Source: Tubiluchus corallicola
Taxonomy: Eukaryota; Animalia; Priapulida
Assembly: GCA_030141605.1 (NCBI GenBank)
Contig: JAQGDQ010000092.1
Coordinates: forward strand, 1-64,000
Direction: 5' to 3'
DNA: 64,000 nucleotides
Shown: piece after piece, positions 52,201 to 64,000 of the stretch
Layout: each line of letters starts with the position of its first letter
Numbering within the stretch: position 1 is the stretch's first letter
Position numbers and translations under genes: made by a program
The notes under the pieces: model-generated
Databases searched by the model: none
What the model saw: only the letters and a program-made list of their open reading frames with translations
What the model was told of the DNA's origin: nothing

Positions 52201-53912
52201 GTAAACGCCCATATAATCTTGATAATGATAAAATGAATACCGTACACTTTTTATTGGACATTTTAGATGCCCATAAAAATAACAACTTCATTCTTTTAAG
52301 TAACGTAGAACTGTACGATATACTTGAATATATAACTACTGTCTAAGTTCTACGTACGAGTAAATTTTCATTCCTTTTTAAATGTTGGAGAATCGAAATT
52401 GCAATGGTCAAAGTTAGTTCCTCAGTTTTTGCTTGCGCAAGTTATGTAAACTTTTCATGCCTTAAATTTTAGTTGCAAGTCTGTTCCATTGGAACCGTTG
52501 TATCCATTTTCCTTTTTGTATGTTGTACAAGTGTGTTATAATAAAGTGATTGTATTTTTTGGGTAAAACATATACGAATAAATGGTAAATAAGTAATCAA
52601 TTTTATCAGATAGTACGGTAATATACTGCTTAACCAAAATTGTAATTACTTGCTTAATTACCTCGTGATTAGGACACGTGCTTCTGGCAGAACAATCACA
52701 GATTATCTAAAAATAAACAAATTGTTCGTTAGAACTTTATAATGTTATGTTTAAAAGTCTAATGATAAAAGTTGTGTCAAAGTGCTCAAAAATAAAAGCT
52801 CGCACAATGTGACATAAATAAAATGGGTTTCACTAAGTTGCTGTAGTTAGAAAAACTTGCAATAGTTTTCTTCCAACGTCTCACAACAAATTCTATGATA
52901 AAAAATACACGACATTTGTCTTATCTCTTCTTTTTTTATTGTGAGATTTTTTTATTAATTGTAGGATTGTCCACTCTTGCCTCTAAGAATTGTCTCCGCG
53001 TTACCATGAAGTTAATTCTTCGTTCGCTGTAATATAATAAAGCGGTCGCAGTTTCTCAGTATCATCATATTAAATATGCTTCTAAATATTCTTCTTGTAA
53101 ACTCGCAAAATTAGAACCATTTGAGAAAATGAGCGAATTAATAAAAACAGCGTAATTATTTTTATTTTTTAGTTTAATATCGGTTTACCGTTCTATCAAC
53201 GTTGTTGCATGGTTGTGCGTTAACATGATGAAATAATATTTCATCATTTACATTAATGAACAAATTTATATCAAGCATCACGGTGTTCCAATATTTTTTT
53301 TAAAATTGTCGATATTATATGTTTGTACACATTTATACGCGTTTATTTACATTTATTTAAATATACGACAGTAGTGGAGATAATAACGTTCATTAGCCAT
53401 ATGAAAAGGAACAATGTTTTAGACTCGCTTACATGCTGGCAATATAGTAGGAATTCCTTGTTAGACGCAACTGGTTGTACCCAGCATGGTTTCTAACTTT
53501 CTTAGTACCTAGTGGTCAAATGCCTTTGGATGCTTTATTAGGCTTACAACACAGTCGCAGCAATTAGTTTGGGTGTCTAGCAAGGTTCTGATTGGCTAGC
53601 TAGGAACAGTAATAAGCGTCGGATGACGCTGATAGCCATGCACCCTAGATTAAAGAGGCCTAGTTCTTGGAACATGCAACAATAGGTAATTGTTACAATA
53701 ATAGCTTTGTGTGATTTATACCTGACCAATATACTATATATACTTCAATATACTATTCAACTGTCGCAGTTTTTCTTTTTATTGCCAGGAGTTTACTAGA
53801 ATTTGTGTAATTTGTTACTCTGTATTCGTGTATTTGTGAAACTTATAACATTACTAATTTACTACAAACACAATATAAAGACTCGTTTTTTCAACGCTCG
53901 ATTTTGAAGAAT

Positions 53913-54785
53913 ATGAATGGAAAGTTAGTACAGCAAACATGCGTATGTGTTACTGCATTGATACTTGTACAGATACTTTTATTGGTAACTTTAAATATTA
54001 CACGTCGGCAATGCCTTAGCACAGTTACCCTAGGATCTAAGGCACCCACTAATGATATGATTGGCTATGACAAGTGCATCCCAATAACGCATGACAATGT
54101 TGTAGACACAGAGTTTTACCACGATGTATTTAATAAAACTTTCAGATATCGAAAATTTCTCGGTTATTATCAAGCTACTAAGCCGTCTTCGTCTAGCGAC
54201 TCTCTAACAATTGCAACTCAGAGCAGCTGGCAATATTTACATCATTTGCAAAGCCTTGTAAAAAGACACAATGGATTTATATCGTTAGCTATTTACACGC
54301 CTTCAGATAACTACGATTTGGTTTCGGATTACATTCAGCTGTTGAGGAAGTGCTATTCTAAATTTGCTGAATCTGTGACGATATCATTATTTTTTCCTCT
54401 AAGTGCCCCTCCCTGCACACTAGTTAATAGGGACACTAGAAAGTGGAAGTGCGCTGATCTGCCTTTTGCCCTAGAGGGTGGGCCTGATTTATCACTTTAT
54501 GGTTGGTATCCTTTTAACGTAGGCAGAAACACTGCACGTCTTGCTGTTAAAACAAAATATGTTTTCTACGTTGATATTGAACAGCAGCCATCTCTAAACC
54601 TTATGGAAATGTTTATCACGATGATGGAAGAAAAGTCAAGTGGCAGGCAACTGACGAGAAAGAAACAGGAGAAGGCAGTGTACGTTGTTCCACATTTTGA
54701 AGTTGACGAATCTGCAAAAATGCCTTACTACAGATCAGAATTACTTGTTTTGCTGGAAAACAACTTGGCAAATTCTTTTCACAAA
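53913..54785 (+). CDS. B4GAT1: Beta-1,4-glucuronyltransferase 1-like (GT49), exon 1
   Basis: Type II TM anchor, LTIATQSS, ISLAIY, YPFNVGRNTAR, YVDIE (DxD-like) and VYVVPHFEV; donor AAA|gtaagt. Confidence 0.85.
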
Positions 54786-55534
54786 GTAAGTCAGTAATAG
54801 ATTTCGATATTTCATAACGTTTTCTATTTTCATCATTAATAAGAATCCTCTGTGTTAGGTTTAAGTACAAAAAATGTGGAAATAATAATGATCCTATCGT
54901 TCAATAAAAACAAAACTGTAGCAATGAAAAAACGTGTAACTAACACGTAAAAAACAAAGACAGACAAACAAATAAACAGACTGACAAACCGAATGTCATT
55001 TACAGAGCCTGAAAGCGAGAAAACCAAATCCGATCTCGAGAAAAGGGAGCTCATTGCTTCACTTCAGATATACAATGTTGATAATGAACCATGTCTGATT
55101 TCACCAAAAACATGTTGAAGAATGCTGGATCACAATTTGCATTGAACCAACTTTTCTTTTGAATATTTTTGGGGGTTAGAATCAATGTGACCAAGTTTTT
55201 CATTTTTTTTTGTATTTATGTAGTTGTTTATGTATTTGTATGAAAATTGTGCGAATTTCTAAAGATATGAACTTAACTACTCGAAACGAAGTAGACCAGT
55301 CTGTATAGTTCGTGCAGTTCAAAATTGTGTGAGTTTCAATTAGTAACAAAATCATGAGTTTTTAGAGAACTCAGAAGTCAGAACTACAGCAGTTTGATCC
55401 AATACGATTTTTGTCGTACTTCTGTTGTAAGTAACAGCATTTAACATACAATTAAAAAAACAAAATCAAAATGTCTAATATCCGCATATAAGATAACTAC
55501 AACAGCTACTTGAACTTATTTATTTTTGTTTCAG

Positions 55535-55664
55535 TATATCTGTTCTCATTGTCATCGAATCCCACACCTCGATCTGTGGAGAAAGTTGAACGTTTCTACA
55601 AAAAAAGTAAATGAGTTCTTCGTTTCCAAATGGATTCCTCCACTATGGGAGCCATTTTATATAG
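55535..55664 (+). CDS. B4GAT1: B4GAT1-like, exon 2
   Basis: YICSHCHRIP...WEPFYIG; acceptor tttgtttcag, donor G|gtcagc. Confidence 0.85.
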
Positions 55665-55709
55665 GTCAGCACACATTTTTTATCTCCGTCTCTGGCTGTT
55701 TTTATCTTT

Positions 55710-55730
55710 TTCTCTCTCCCCCCTCTCTCT

Positions 55731-55783
<53 letters not shown>
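55710..55783. repeat. (CT)n microsatellite in B4GAT1-like intron 2
   Basis: Read directly from the sequence. Confidence 0.9.
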
Positions 55784-55786
<3 letters not shown>

Positions 55787-55948
55787 CCAGTGTTTGTGTC
55801 TTTTCCACTCCTGCAGTTTCTCTTTCATTTCATTTCGTTTTTCCCAAGCACTGTTCTTGCTCCATCGCAATGCTTTAGATCTAGTTCTGCTAAAGTTCTC
55901 TCAAGTGGCTTCTACAGCGTCCTACGATCGTTTTCTATTTCTGTGCAG

Positions 55949-56334
55949 GTGACAACAGCGAACCAATGCACGATGAACGATTTCTAGGATATGGCAAGGA
56001 CAGGGAACAACACGTACTGGAAATGTGTTTTCAAGACTACGAGTTTCACATACTGGACGATGCGTTTCTCGTTCACCACGGTATCACACGAAATCAAACT
56101 GCGCATTCTCTTCTACACACCCGAACAGGTACGGTGAACAGAAACGTTTACAAGGTATTTAGGGAAGAACTGCTACGTCTTTATTTTCTCAGTGAGAAGA
56201 AGAAAAAGCGCTGCATGAGCGAGAAACAATTGCCGGTAGAAGGCTACCTTGCAGTGAAATATCGACATCTGAAGATAAACAGTACTACCGATATGAATCT
56301 GATTCAACAAGACAAATTAACACGCAAATTTTAA
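55949..56334 (+). CDS. B4GAT1: B4GAT1-like, exon 3
   Basis: GDNSEPMHDERFLGYGKDREQHVLEMCFQDYEFHILDDAFLVH is a GT49 signature; joined protein about 462 aa. Confidence 0.87.
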
Positions 56335-56893
56335 ATTTTATTGCGTTTGCGACCTCTGGGGCAAACATCACAGTGACAGGAGCAAAAGTGTGAAAAGCAG
56401 GGAAAATGACATTGTCACTAAGTTTCTGATACGATATCGGATATATCCTCACATGTGAGGCTAGCTATTGTCATCTAAAAGTCATTAGGTTTTAAAGCAG
56501 TCTAGTTCGTGATTGGCAAATTTTGTTACTAACATTACATACGAAAGTATCAGGTAGAGTGGGTTACTTGTAGTCATTTATTGATTGAAATTTTTTTCTC
56601 TGTCGTTTCTATTTCTGGTCAGATATGTGAGTTCCTTCAATCACTTTTAAGCTGCCCGAACTATTGACGCCAGTTTTTCCTATCAAGAAACAATTCTTGC
56701 ATTTGCATCAACGTTTAACTCTGTCAAGAAGGGTGGCAAAACAAGGTAACTTCTGTGGGGCAACTGCAACTTAATTATCCAAAGGAGGACAAACTTACAC
56801 AGAAAGACAGAAGTTACTTCCATTGCTCATGGATCTTTTCCATTGATTAAATATCATTTTTGGATATTTAAGTTGTCAGTTTACTGGTCTTAG

Positions 56894-56960
56894 CCAGCAA
56901 TGCATTTTTGGCCATGGGACATTAGAGTCTAATGTCCCATGGCCAAAAATGCATTGCTGG
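56894..56960. repeat. Perfect inverted repeat, 33-bp arms, 1-nt spacer
   Basis: ccagcaatgcatttttggccatgggacattaga-g-tctaatgtcccatggccaaaaatgcattgctgg. Confidence 0.97.
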
Positions 56961-59900
56961 ACCTTTTCGTATCAGATGGCCAAACAATTTGGACCTTTTC
57001 CACTGACAAAATCGTCTAGGTTCTCTAACTATTAAAGCTAAAATTTGAGTAGCAGCAGATCGGAAGTCTCAATAGATTTATCTACAGATTTCGGTTAAAT
57101 TCTAAAGTTCTAGATTCTAAAGGTCGTTTTGAGTTTTTTATTTAGATAATGTTAACTTAAAAAGGTTTACCTGAATGATTGATGGTGAAGCGTGATGATG
57201 GTGATGATGATTATGACCGTTGTGCTAATGATGATATTGATGATTATGATTATGATAAGTCTTTATTTATGCATTCAGAAATATATACACCCCGGCTGAC
57301 TCTAGTTGCAGACAAAAATGATAATTATGATGACTCCTTAGTAATAATAACACACATAGGCCTTTTTAAAATCAGTTGATAATGTTTATGAATAAAAGCT
57401 TTCGTGGTTGCCAGCAGATGGCGCAAGCACACAGTGCTCGTAGTGTTCGAATTTCGAGGTCGCTAGCGGCTCAAATCTCCCCACACTCTGAAGACCAGTA
57501 CTGATTGATCTATTTAGTTTAGTTAATGGCTGCGCATCAATGGACACCATCACTATTTGCTATTTCTTCGGCCGTGGCTTGTTTGTCTGCAACTTGTTTG
57601 TTTGTATATAAATTTTGTATTTTTGTTTGCGTATAAATATTGTACAAAAACGGCCGCGTCTGGTCCCGTTTTTATGATTTATCGGTTGGTATTGTACATT
57701 ATCCGTTTCTGCTTAATAAAATTTACTTGGTTATGCTTGCTTGAAAATAATATTAGAATTACATTTGAATATTTGAATAAATAAAGTCGTTGAATAAACC
57801 GATCGAAATGTGACCAACTTGATCTAATATTTTTTAAAAATATAACGGCAAATCACTGCACACAACATTCAGTCTACTAGTTGTACACTTCTTTCCAACA
57901 CACAATAGCCTACAAGTTTCCTCGGGTTCCAAACATAACTCATTACAAAGGGCAATTTCCTATGATGAGATCAAAGAGGTTCTTTTAGCCTCTTTGGATG
58001 AGACGTAGGACCGCAGGAAGTAGAGAAGTATCGTGTCTTTACATCCTTCCTCATCGGAAATAATAGCCGGATCCAAGGCAACTTTTCTATTGCTTACCCA
58101 TTCAATTCTATTCAATTAGTCTTTATTCCAGAAAAAGATACCGTGTATGAATAAAAAATCGTACTCAGAAAATGCACGACCAATAGGAAAATAAATCACG
58201 TACAACACGTATATAAATCACAGCTTTTAATTATACATAGTAACAGTTATACTAATGCTTTACACAGATTTCCTAAGCAATCCTTTGAAATGCGGTCAAT
58301 CATTTTTATACTATTCTGGATAAAAAAATTTTTCCTAGACCTGGATAATACTCGGTTTTAAATTCATAAATATTGTATAATCTATTATTAAGTACACAAA
58401 TTGCTTTCAGCAACAATTTTAGTTTTGTGTTTTTACCTAATATTTTGATATAATTGCAGAAGTAGACACTTAAAAGCTCTGCTGAAAAAGTCTTATGTCT
58501 TTCAATTTAGTTACTGTATGACTACATATACCTGTGCACTATGCAATAATTGCTGAAACTTTACCATCGTGATCTTAGTATTATTTAAAGCATTATCAAT
58601 TTCATATAATATTAAATGGCGCAACTGTAAATCTTTGTTGTAAACGTAATAACAGTTACAATCATAATTGTAACTTGTTCTCAACGAGATACATGTAAGC
58701 CTACTTTGAATATCTCTATGCTCTTTCTTTATTTTTAAAAGGTTTTATACGCCTACGTTTTGAAAATTCGTCAGTTATATAATTTTGTTTATCAGTTTAT
58801 TAAGTATATATAAGAGCTAGTAGCATGTGGTGAAAGAACAATATTCAAGAAAAACGTGTTGCCGTTAGCAATTTGAAGAACACGTGCTCTGTTAAAGATT
58901 CATGAATCCTTCTTTGCTTGTCACTTAGCGTTGAAAGCATGAACGTTGGCAGATATTTGCAAATAGCTATTTAGGCGTTTTACGCCTCTATGAACGCACA
59001 TGGAATGATTCACATGCAAATAAAATAAGAAATAAACAATGAGCAGCAAAACACAGACATGACTTCACAAGTTTTCGCAAAATTCAACGCTTTCATAAAT
59101 TTTCCATCAACGACGTGATGAACTTAGTCGACGAGGCCAAATCACATTTGCCATGAGGGTTGTGATTGTTTGCGTGTCTAGCTTATTGGTTTATTTTCAT
59201 AGAACATCGTGACAGCTAACAATTCCTTCTTCTTTGGCATTTACTAAAACTGAAAATATTTTTGGCAGTTTTTGTGTTTGTCTTTTGCAGTAACAATCAC
59301 AACAATTCGGCAGACGTTGAGTTAATGTTTGGGCGCGTATATAAACATATTTTCTTGTAGAATGTTAAAAACATTTTCTATGCAGTAATAATGCCATTGC
59401 TGCAAAAACAGAGCTAGCTAGAATGATTTTACCACACTCGTAAAAATAACAATAATGTGCATTGTTAAAAATAATAAATAACCAGGGCCAGTTCTATGTA
59501 GTTTGACAACCTTGGCAAAAATATTTAAGCATCCTTTCTCAACACTATCCACTACGCCCACTCCAAAAGGAATTTTTATTGTAAATAATAGTCTAATGGT
59601 GATGGTATCTGTGTATTACATGTATTATTGTACACTAATTATAAGTCAATTACTTATGACAAGATTGTCTGAGGTCTTCAGCAGCATTCTGCAAATTCTA
59701 CTGCACACTCCATGTGCAACATACACCTAGCTAAATTTTCTCTCAACCTTTTTATCTGAAAATTTTTAAAATCCTAACTCCTCTTTTCACGTACTTCCAT
59801 TGTCCAGTTTCATCATTTTCACAACCATAACTCTAGTCCAGTTGCAAATACTTCATTAGCGAGTGTTTTTGTTGTCCGATATCCGCCAGCTTTCTTACCG

Positions 59901-60104
59901 TCCGTTTACTGTTGTACGCTCATGAATGCTTCAATTTTCTAAAGTTTATTCTGTCATCATAAACTAACTCAAAATTTATGCTTTGTAAAACATGATTAAA
60001 TTATAAACGTCTTCTATTAAACTCTTCTTTTTCTTCATTTTCAATACTGTATTATAAGCCATGAAACTCAGTTTCTATCATCGAAATAAATAAATAAATA
60101 TACG

Positions 60105-60154
60105 CTTGTAATACGCTGCTATGTGCATATATGCACATAGCAGCGTATTACAAG
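60105..60154. repeat. Perfect 50-bp palindrome, no spacer
   Basis: cttgtaatacgctgctatgtgcata|tatgcacatagcagcgtattacaag. Confidence 0.97.
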
Positions 60155-60476
60155 TGAAAGCAAATAATTGATAATGACATTATCTAACCAACCTAATACA
60201 GCATACAAATATTACAAACCTGCACAGACATATATTTCATTGATGAAGATTGGCACAATAAATATTATTAAAATCCAAAATTGCTTCGACACTGCCTATT
60301 TTTTGTTAATTTTAAGTTGCCCAAATGTAAATAACTGGATGAGTATAGCAGAAGAAGTGTAGTCTTGTTTACAAATTGCAGAAATTTATGTACAGACTAG
60401 TTTAGATTAACTTAACAAAACTAATTTTAAATTACAAAATCTGTAAAATTCACGTATTAAATACATCATCGTATCA

Positions 60477-62339
60477 TCATAAAGATGTTTCTCGAACATG
60501 TTGACTCACATTCACTGTAGGTTCTTCAGAGAGTGATCTACTAGTATTTCCATTAGGGCGGTTACATTTACAAGTGTCTTCCATTCCTTCAGTAGCGTCT
60601 TCAGTGTTTGGCCTTCTAGCATTTGGATGGGAAAGATAGCTGTGCCTTGCCTTTTGTGTCACATCGTTCGAGGTTATTCTACATGAGTTAGTATGAGAGT
60701 TTGTTTGATTGACAACGTTTCTTGCTTTCTGACTCATACCTTCTGTAAGTGATCTACTAGTGCTTGGACTCGTGTCATGGTGGACAATGTTTTCTAGCCG
60801 CAGACTCGTGGTATCTGAAGTTGATCTGTTGAATTTCGGACCAGAGAACTGGTTAGTCAGATCTCTTGCTAACTGATGTATCTCTTCTGATTCTGTTCTG
60901 GTAGTATCTGCGACCACTGCATGCCGATACATATGTTCTGAAACAGACCTATTAGTATCGGATCTGCGTTGACTAATCATGTCTCTTTCTGTCCTAGACC
61001 TTTTCATCTGTGACATCGGCACACACATTTGAAGGGCCTGGTCGTAATTTGGAGGCGGGCTTGTAGGGGTGTCCAGTGCTCCAGTACAACAACCTGTTGC
61101 ACTTTCCTCAGGAGTAATTGCTAAGGTCACAGTATGACTTCGCGGAAATGATCCAAATGAAGAGCGACGTAAAAGCAGCGAAAACCGGCTTCTGCTCCTC
61201 CGTAACCTCCTTATGTCATTAGTCCTTAATACGTTGATGCAATTGTTGCCCTTTTGCTTTAAGTTGGCAGTATTTGTATGTATGCCAATATTCGGTGTGC
61301 TGCCAATTTCTCGGATACGAGTGCTTAGCTCGAAAATAGATGGATTATTGCGGCAGTCCATCAGCACGGCTTCTGAGTAGCTTGGAACAATGTAATTATT
61401 TTCTGGATTCATATCTACGCTACCGTAGATTGTTCTAGTGGACGAATATGGCGGCAGATCGGAATAGTTTGAACCGAACAGTTTTGTGATGCGGTATTGT
61501 AGAAATGCCGTCTTATATTCAATGAGCACTCGCAATGGCCAAGAAAGTAGCATCAATGATGCTAACCAGAATGCAAGAGATGAGAGATACCAAGGCATTG
61601 AATTTGCATCAGAGTATGCTATCATGTAATCCCTGAAGCACAAATCCATCAAATCCATTCCCTCACGTGTTTCCATGTAATCATCTCGTCCGGCATAGTC
61701 TCCGAAAAAATGTGCTCTTTGTTCTTCAAATTCTTGTTCTGCTAGTAAGTTGGCAAATGTAAAGCACTTGCTGAACTTTATCTTGGTGGCAGGATATTGT
61801 TCTAAACCAACTAGCTTTTTGGAAGTGTCTTTAACACCACACCTAGTAAACACAAACATGGCGCCTGCGGTGTGAGAGTTAATTCGTTCGTAGTACACTT
61901 GGGTGGTTGAATAGGCATCACCGTTTCTGTAGCGCGTCACCTGCCGCGCGCGGCGAACATAGTGAAAACATGTCGCCTTCCACCAAACCATGGGAAGAGC
62001 CTCTTGCATCATTGTTATCCACTGGTATATTTCTTGTGCATTTACTTTATATTGTATCTCTGCTCGTGTGTGACAATGCCAGCATTCAACTAGATACACA
62101 AGATACAACATCACCATGAATGCGGTAGGAATGTACACATACCCTTCGTCACAGGGACTAACTTCTTTGATTTGTGTAAAAGGGAACGAATGAAATGTGA
62201 GCATCACTTTGGACACGGTGGTCAGCCGACACCAGGTGATTGCTGCTAGGCAACCGTAGATGAGGAAGCTGAGGATTAGACACTTCCAGTGTGTGTCTCT
62301 TCTTAAAGAGCTGCAGAAAGATTGCTTGACTGGTCTTTG
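60477..62339 (-). CDS. TMEM151: Transmembrane protein 151 family, large main exon (start exon not resolved)
   Basis: QRPVKQS...HWKCLIL, SPCDEGYVYIP, YLVECWHC, VWWKATCFHYVRRARQVTRYRNGDAY, DDYMETREGM and LLSWPLRV motifs; ends ETSL; acceptor tttttttcag at 62341-62340. Confidence 0.93.
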   Translation of the reverse strand, partial: QRPVKQSFCSSLRRDTHWKCLILSFLIYGCLAAITWCRLTTVSKVMLTFHSFPFTQIKEVSPCDEGYVYIPTAFMVMLYLVYLVECWHCHTRAEIQYKVNAQEIYQWITMMQEALPMVWWKATCFHYVRRARQVTRYRNGDAYSTTQVYYERINSHTAGAMFVFTRCGVKDTSKKLVGLEQYPATKIKFSKCFTFANLLAEQEFEEQRAHFFGDYAGRDDYMETREGMDLMDLCFRDYMIAYSDANSMPWYLSSLAFWLASLMLLSWPLRVLIEYKTAFLQYRITKLFGSNYSDLPPYSSTRTIYGSVDMNPENNYIVPSYSEAVLMDCRNNPSIFELSTRIREIGSTPNIGIHTNTANLKQKGNNCINVLRTNDIRRLRRSRSRFSLLLRRSSFGSFPRSHTVTLAITPEESATGCCTGALDTPTSPPPNYDQALQMCVPMSQMKRSRTERDMISQRRSDTNRSVSEHMYRHAVVADTTRTESEEIHQLARDLTNQFSGPKFNRSTSDTTSLRLENIVHHDTSPSTSRSLTEGMSQKARNVVNQTNSHTNSCRITSNDVTQKARHSYLSHPNARRPNTEDATEGMEDTCKCNRPNGNTSRSLSEEPTVNVSQHVRETSL

Positions 62340-62629
62340 CTGAAAAAAACAAAACATTTAATTTTGAGTGAGACTTTTAAGCTTATAAAAAGTTTTAAAA
62401 ACTTGCCTGTTTATTTTTGGCGGAACCTGCAGCAAAAACGTCAACATCAACAATGAGCACAGAATTTTTTTAAAAACTAATTGTGACTGAAAACGAAACA
62501 ACAAAGTACAAAGACTATAGTATTTAACGATGTCAAATACGGTAACGGCAACTTAAGCAACAGCAAACGTAATAGTGATTATAGTAACGTAATGAGAAAT
62601 AACAGCAGTAACTGCACTAACAGGAATAA

Positions 62630-62900
62630 GTGTCCATAAGACAGACCAACAACAACTGGTGGACACGGCTGCAGAAGGATACGGAGAAATACATAAAGAC
62701 GAGCAGGGGAACGGACAGAATCTCTACCACTGTTTCTGCATGCCATCAAACTGCCGATTGGCAAGAACAAACGTACCAAAGGTTTTTTACACCACCTGGA
62801 ACTAGCAGAAACAAACCAATGTCAATGTGGAGCAGGAATGCAGACGGGAGATCATCAGATGGTGCCATCCATGGAGCCGAGAGGCATTTATCGTAGCCGA
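62630..62900 (+). mobile_element. Non-LTR retrotransposon 3' fragment (zinc-knuckle region)
   Basis: Translates to AIKLPIGKNKRTKGFLHHLELAETNQCQCGAGMQTGDH, resembling the RLRTGH...CxCG...QTxxH motif. Confidence 0.5.
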
Positions 62901-64000
62901 CACACTAATATGCATTAATTATATACAGAAATAGTGGAAGATTAATCGCAATGGAATTGATAATATAAAAAAGTGAAAACTTCTTTAAATGCTAATATTA
63001 ACAGTTTGTATAAATGCCTATTCCCAGAGACATCCATTGTATGTGACATAATCTTATAGTTATGAAAAACTAATTGAAACATTACTAATAATCTATTACA
63101 TGCGAATATGTTATAACGTAATGTCATAATAGTAATCAGATAATAAGTAAGAACGCAAAGAAAACGACCTTCCTATAAATAGAGAGAATTGTATAATATA
63201 CAATGTATATTTATGTAATAAAAAAGAGTTATAATAATAATAATAACTGCAACAGCTGCAGTGATAGCAAAGCAGAAACATCAACACTAAATCAGATATA
63301 CTGGCACAATTAGATATTAATTATGTTACTGCAACGACAGTGAAAATACTATTAACCACAACGGCATTGAATCAATATCAGTCTATACCAGTTTTGCAGC
63401 TTCATTGCGCGTAGAATCCTTTTATTTACTACTTTCAGCAAATGAATGTAAATGGCTCTGTTTGCTAAATTAACGTCCAGAACAAAGGAATAAATTAATA
63501 AGAAATGGGCGTCGGCTGGGCGTATAGCACTGAGGAACGTACTTCAGTAATTTGTTGTTTAGAATTTTCGCGAGTTGCTACAACACATGCACATCATTAC
63601 TTTACCAAGTGCAGTTTCGATTAGATCAAGAAGGCTGTAGATTATTCACGTAGCCAATCAACAAAAGCAGCGTGGCAAATCTTTTGTCCAATAGCACAAA
63701 TTAATGGAAAGAACAAAATTACTGACGACAGTGCCCTAGCGAAAGTTTGCTGAAAATGAAAGAAAGGATTACAATGGGATCATCGGCTGCTTAATTAAAC
63801 TGCTTTACGAGCACATGAAATCATGTGGCAAACAAGCCAAAGAGTGTCAATGCAGAACTGAAGAAAGTAATAACTACTATGTGAATGTGTGAAATAAATG
63901 CAAAACAGAAATGAGTTCGAATACAGCATGCTGTATATTTTTTACTAATATTATCCCGCTTGAAGAACGATCAAAAGGAAAGTATCAGATTTTTATACAA

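Noticed and set aside
57955-58020. ATGATGA followed by a hairpin, as a possible C/D snoRNA or hammerhead
   Set aside because: No properly placed D box, and both hammerhead core boxes are non-canonical.
62340-62357. ORF-track start MFCFFQ for TMEM151
   Set aside because: This is the polypyrimidine tract and acceptor, not the true N-terminus.

Overview
This is AT-rich animal (most likely invertebrate) genomic DNA with spliced genes; no prokaryotic features, rRNA or CRISPR are present. Five protein-coding genes can be reconstructed by hand: (1) the 5' part of a secreted pentraxin/LamG-like gene (minus strand, runs off the left edge); (2) a two-exon gene I cannot assign to a family (9097-11854, +), encoding a ~226-aa protein with an MGxxCSC lipidation motif and 11-residue helical repeats; (3) a complete 8-exon synaptotagmin-7 (34631-13292, minus, ~440 aa); (4) a 3-exon B4GAT1-like GT49 glycosyltransferase (53913-56334, +); (5) a TMEM151 gene (main exon 62339-60477, minus). 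Introns and intergenic DNA hold decayed LINEs, Penelope-like remnants ending in hammerhead-ribozyme motifs, hAT-, Kolobok- and Harbinger-type MITEs (some nested), foldback elements with tandem-repeat arms, tRNA-derived SINE heads, microsatellites and two perfect palindromes. The best leads are the lipidated 11-mer-repeat protein, the hammerhead cluster near 42.3-42.6 kb, the paired 3' palindromes and an altered Ca2+-binding loop in Syt7 C2B. All calls come from manual reading; no database search was run.
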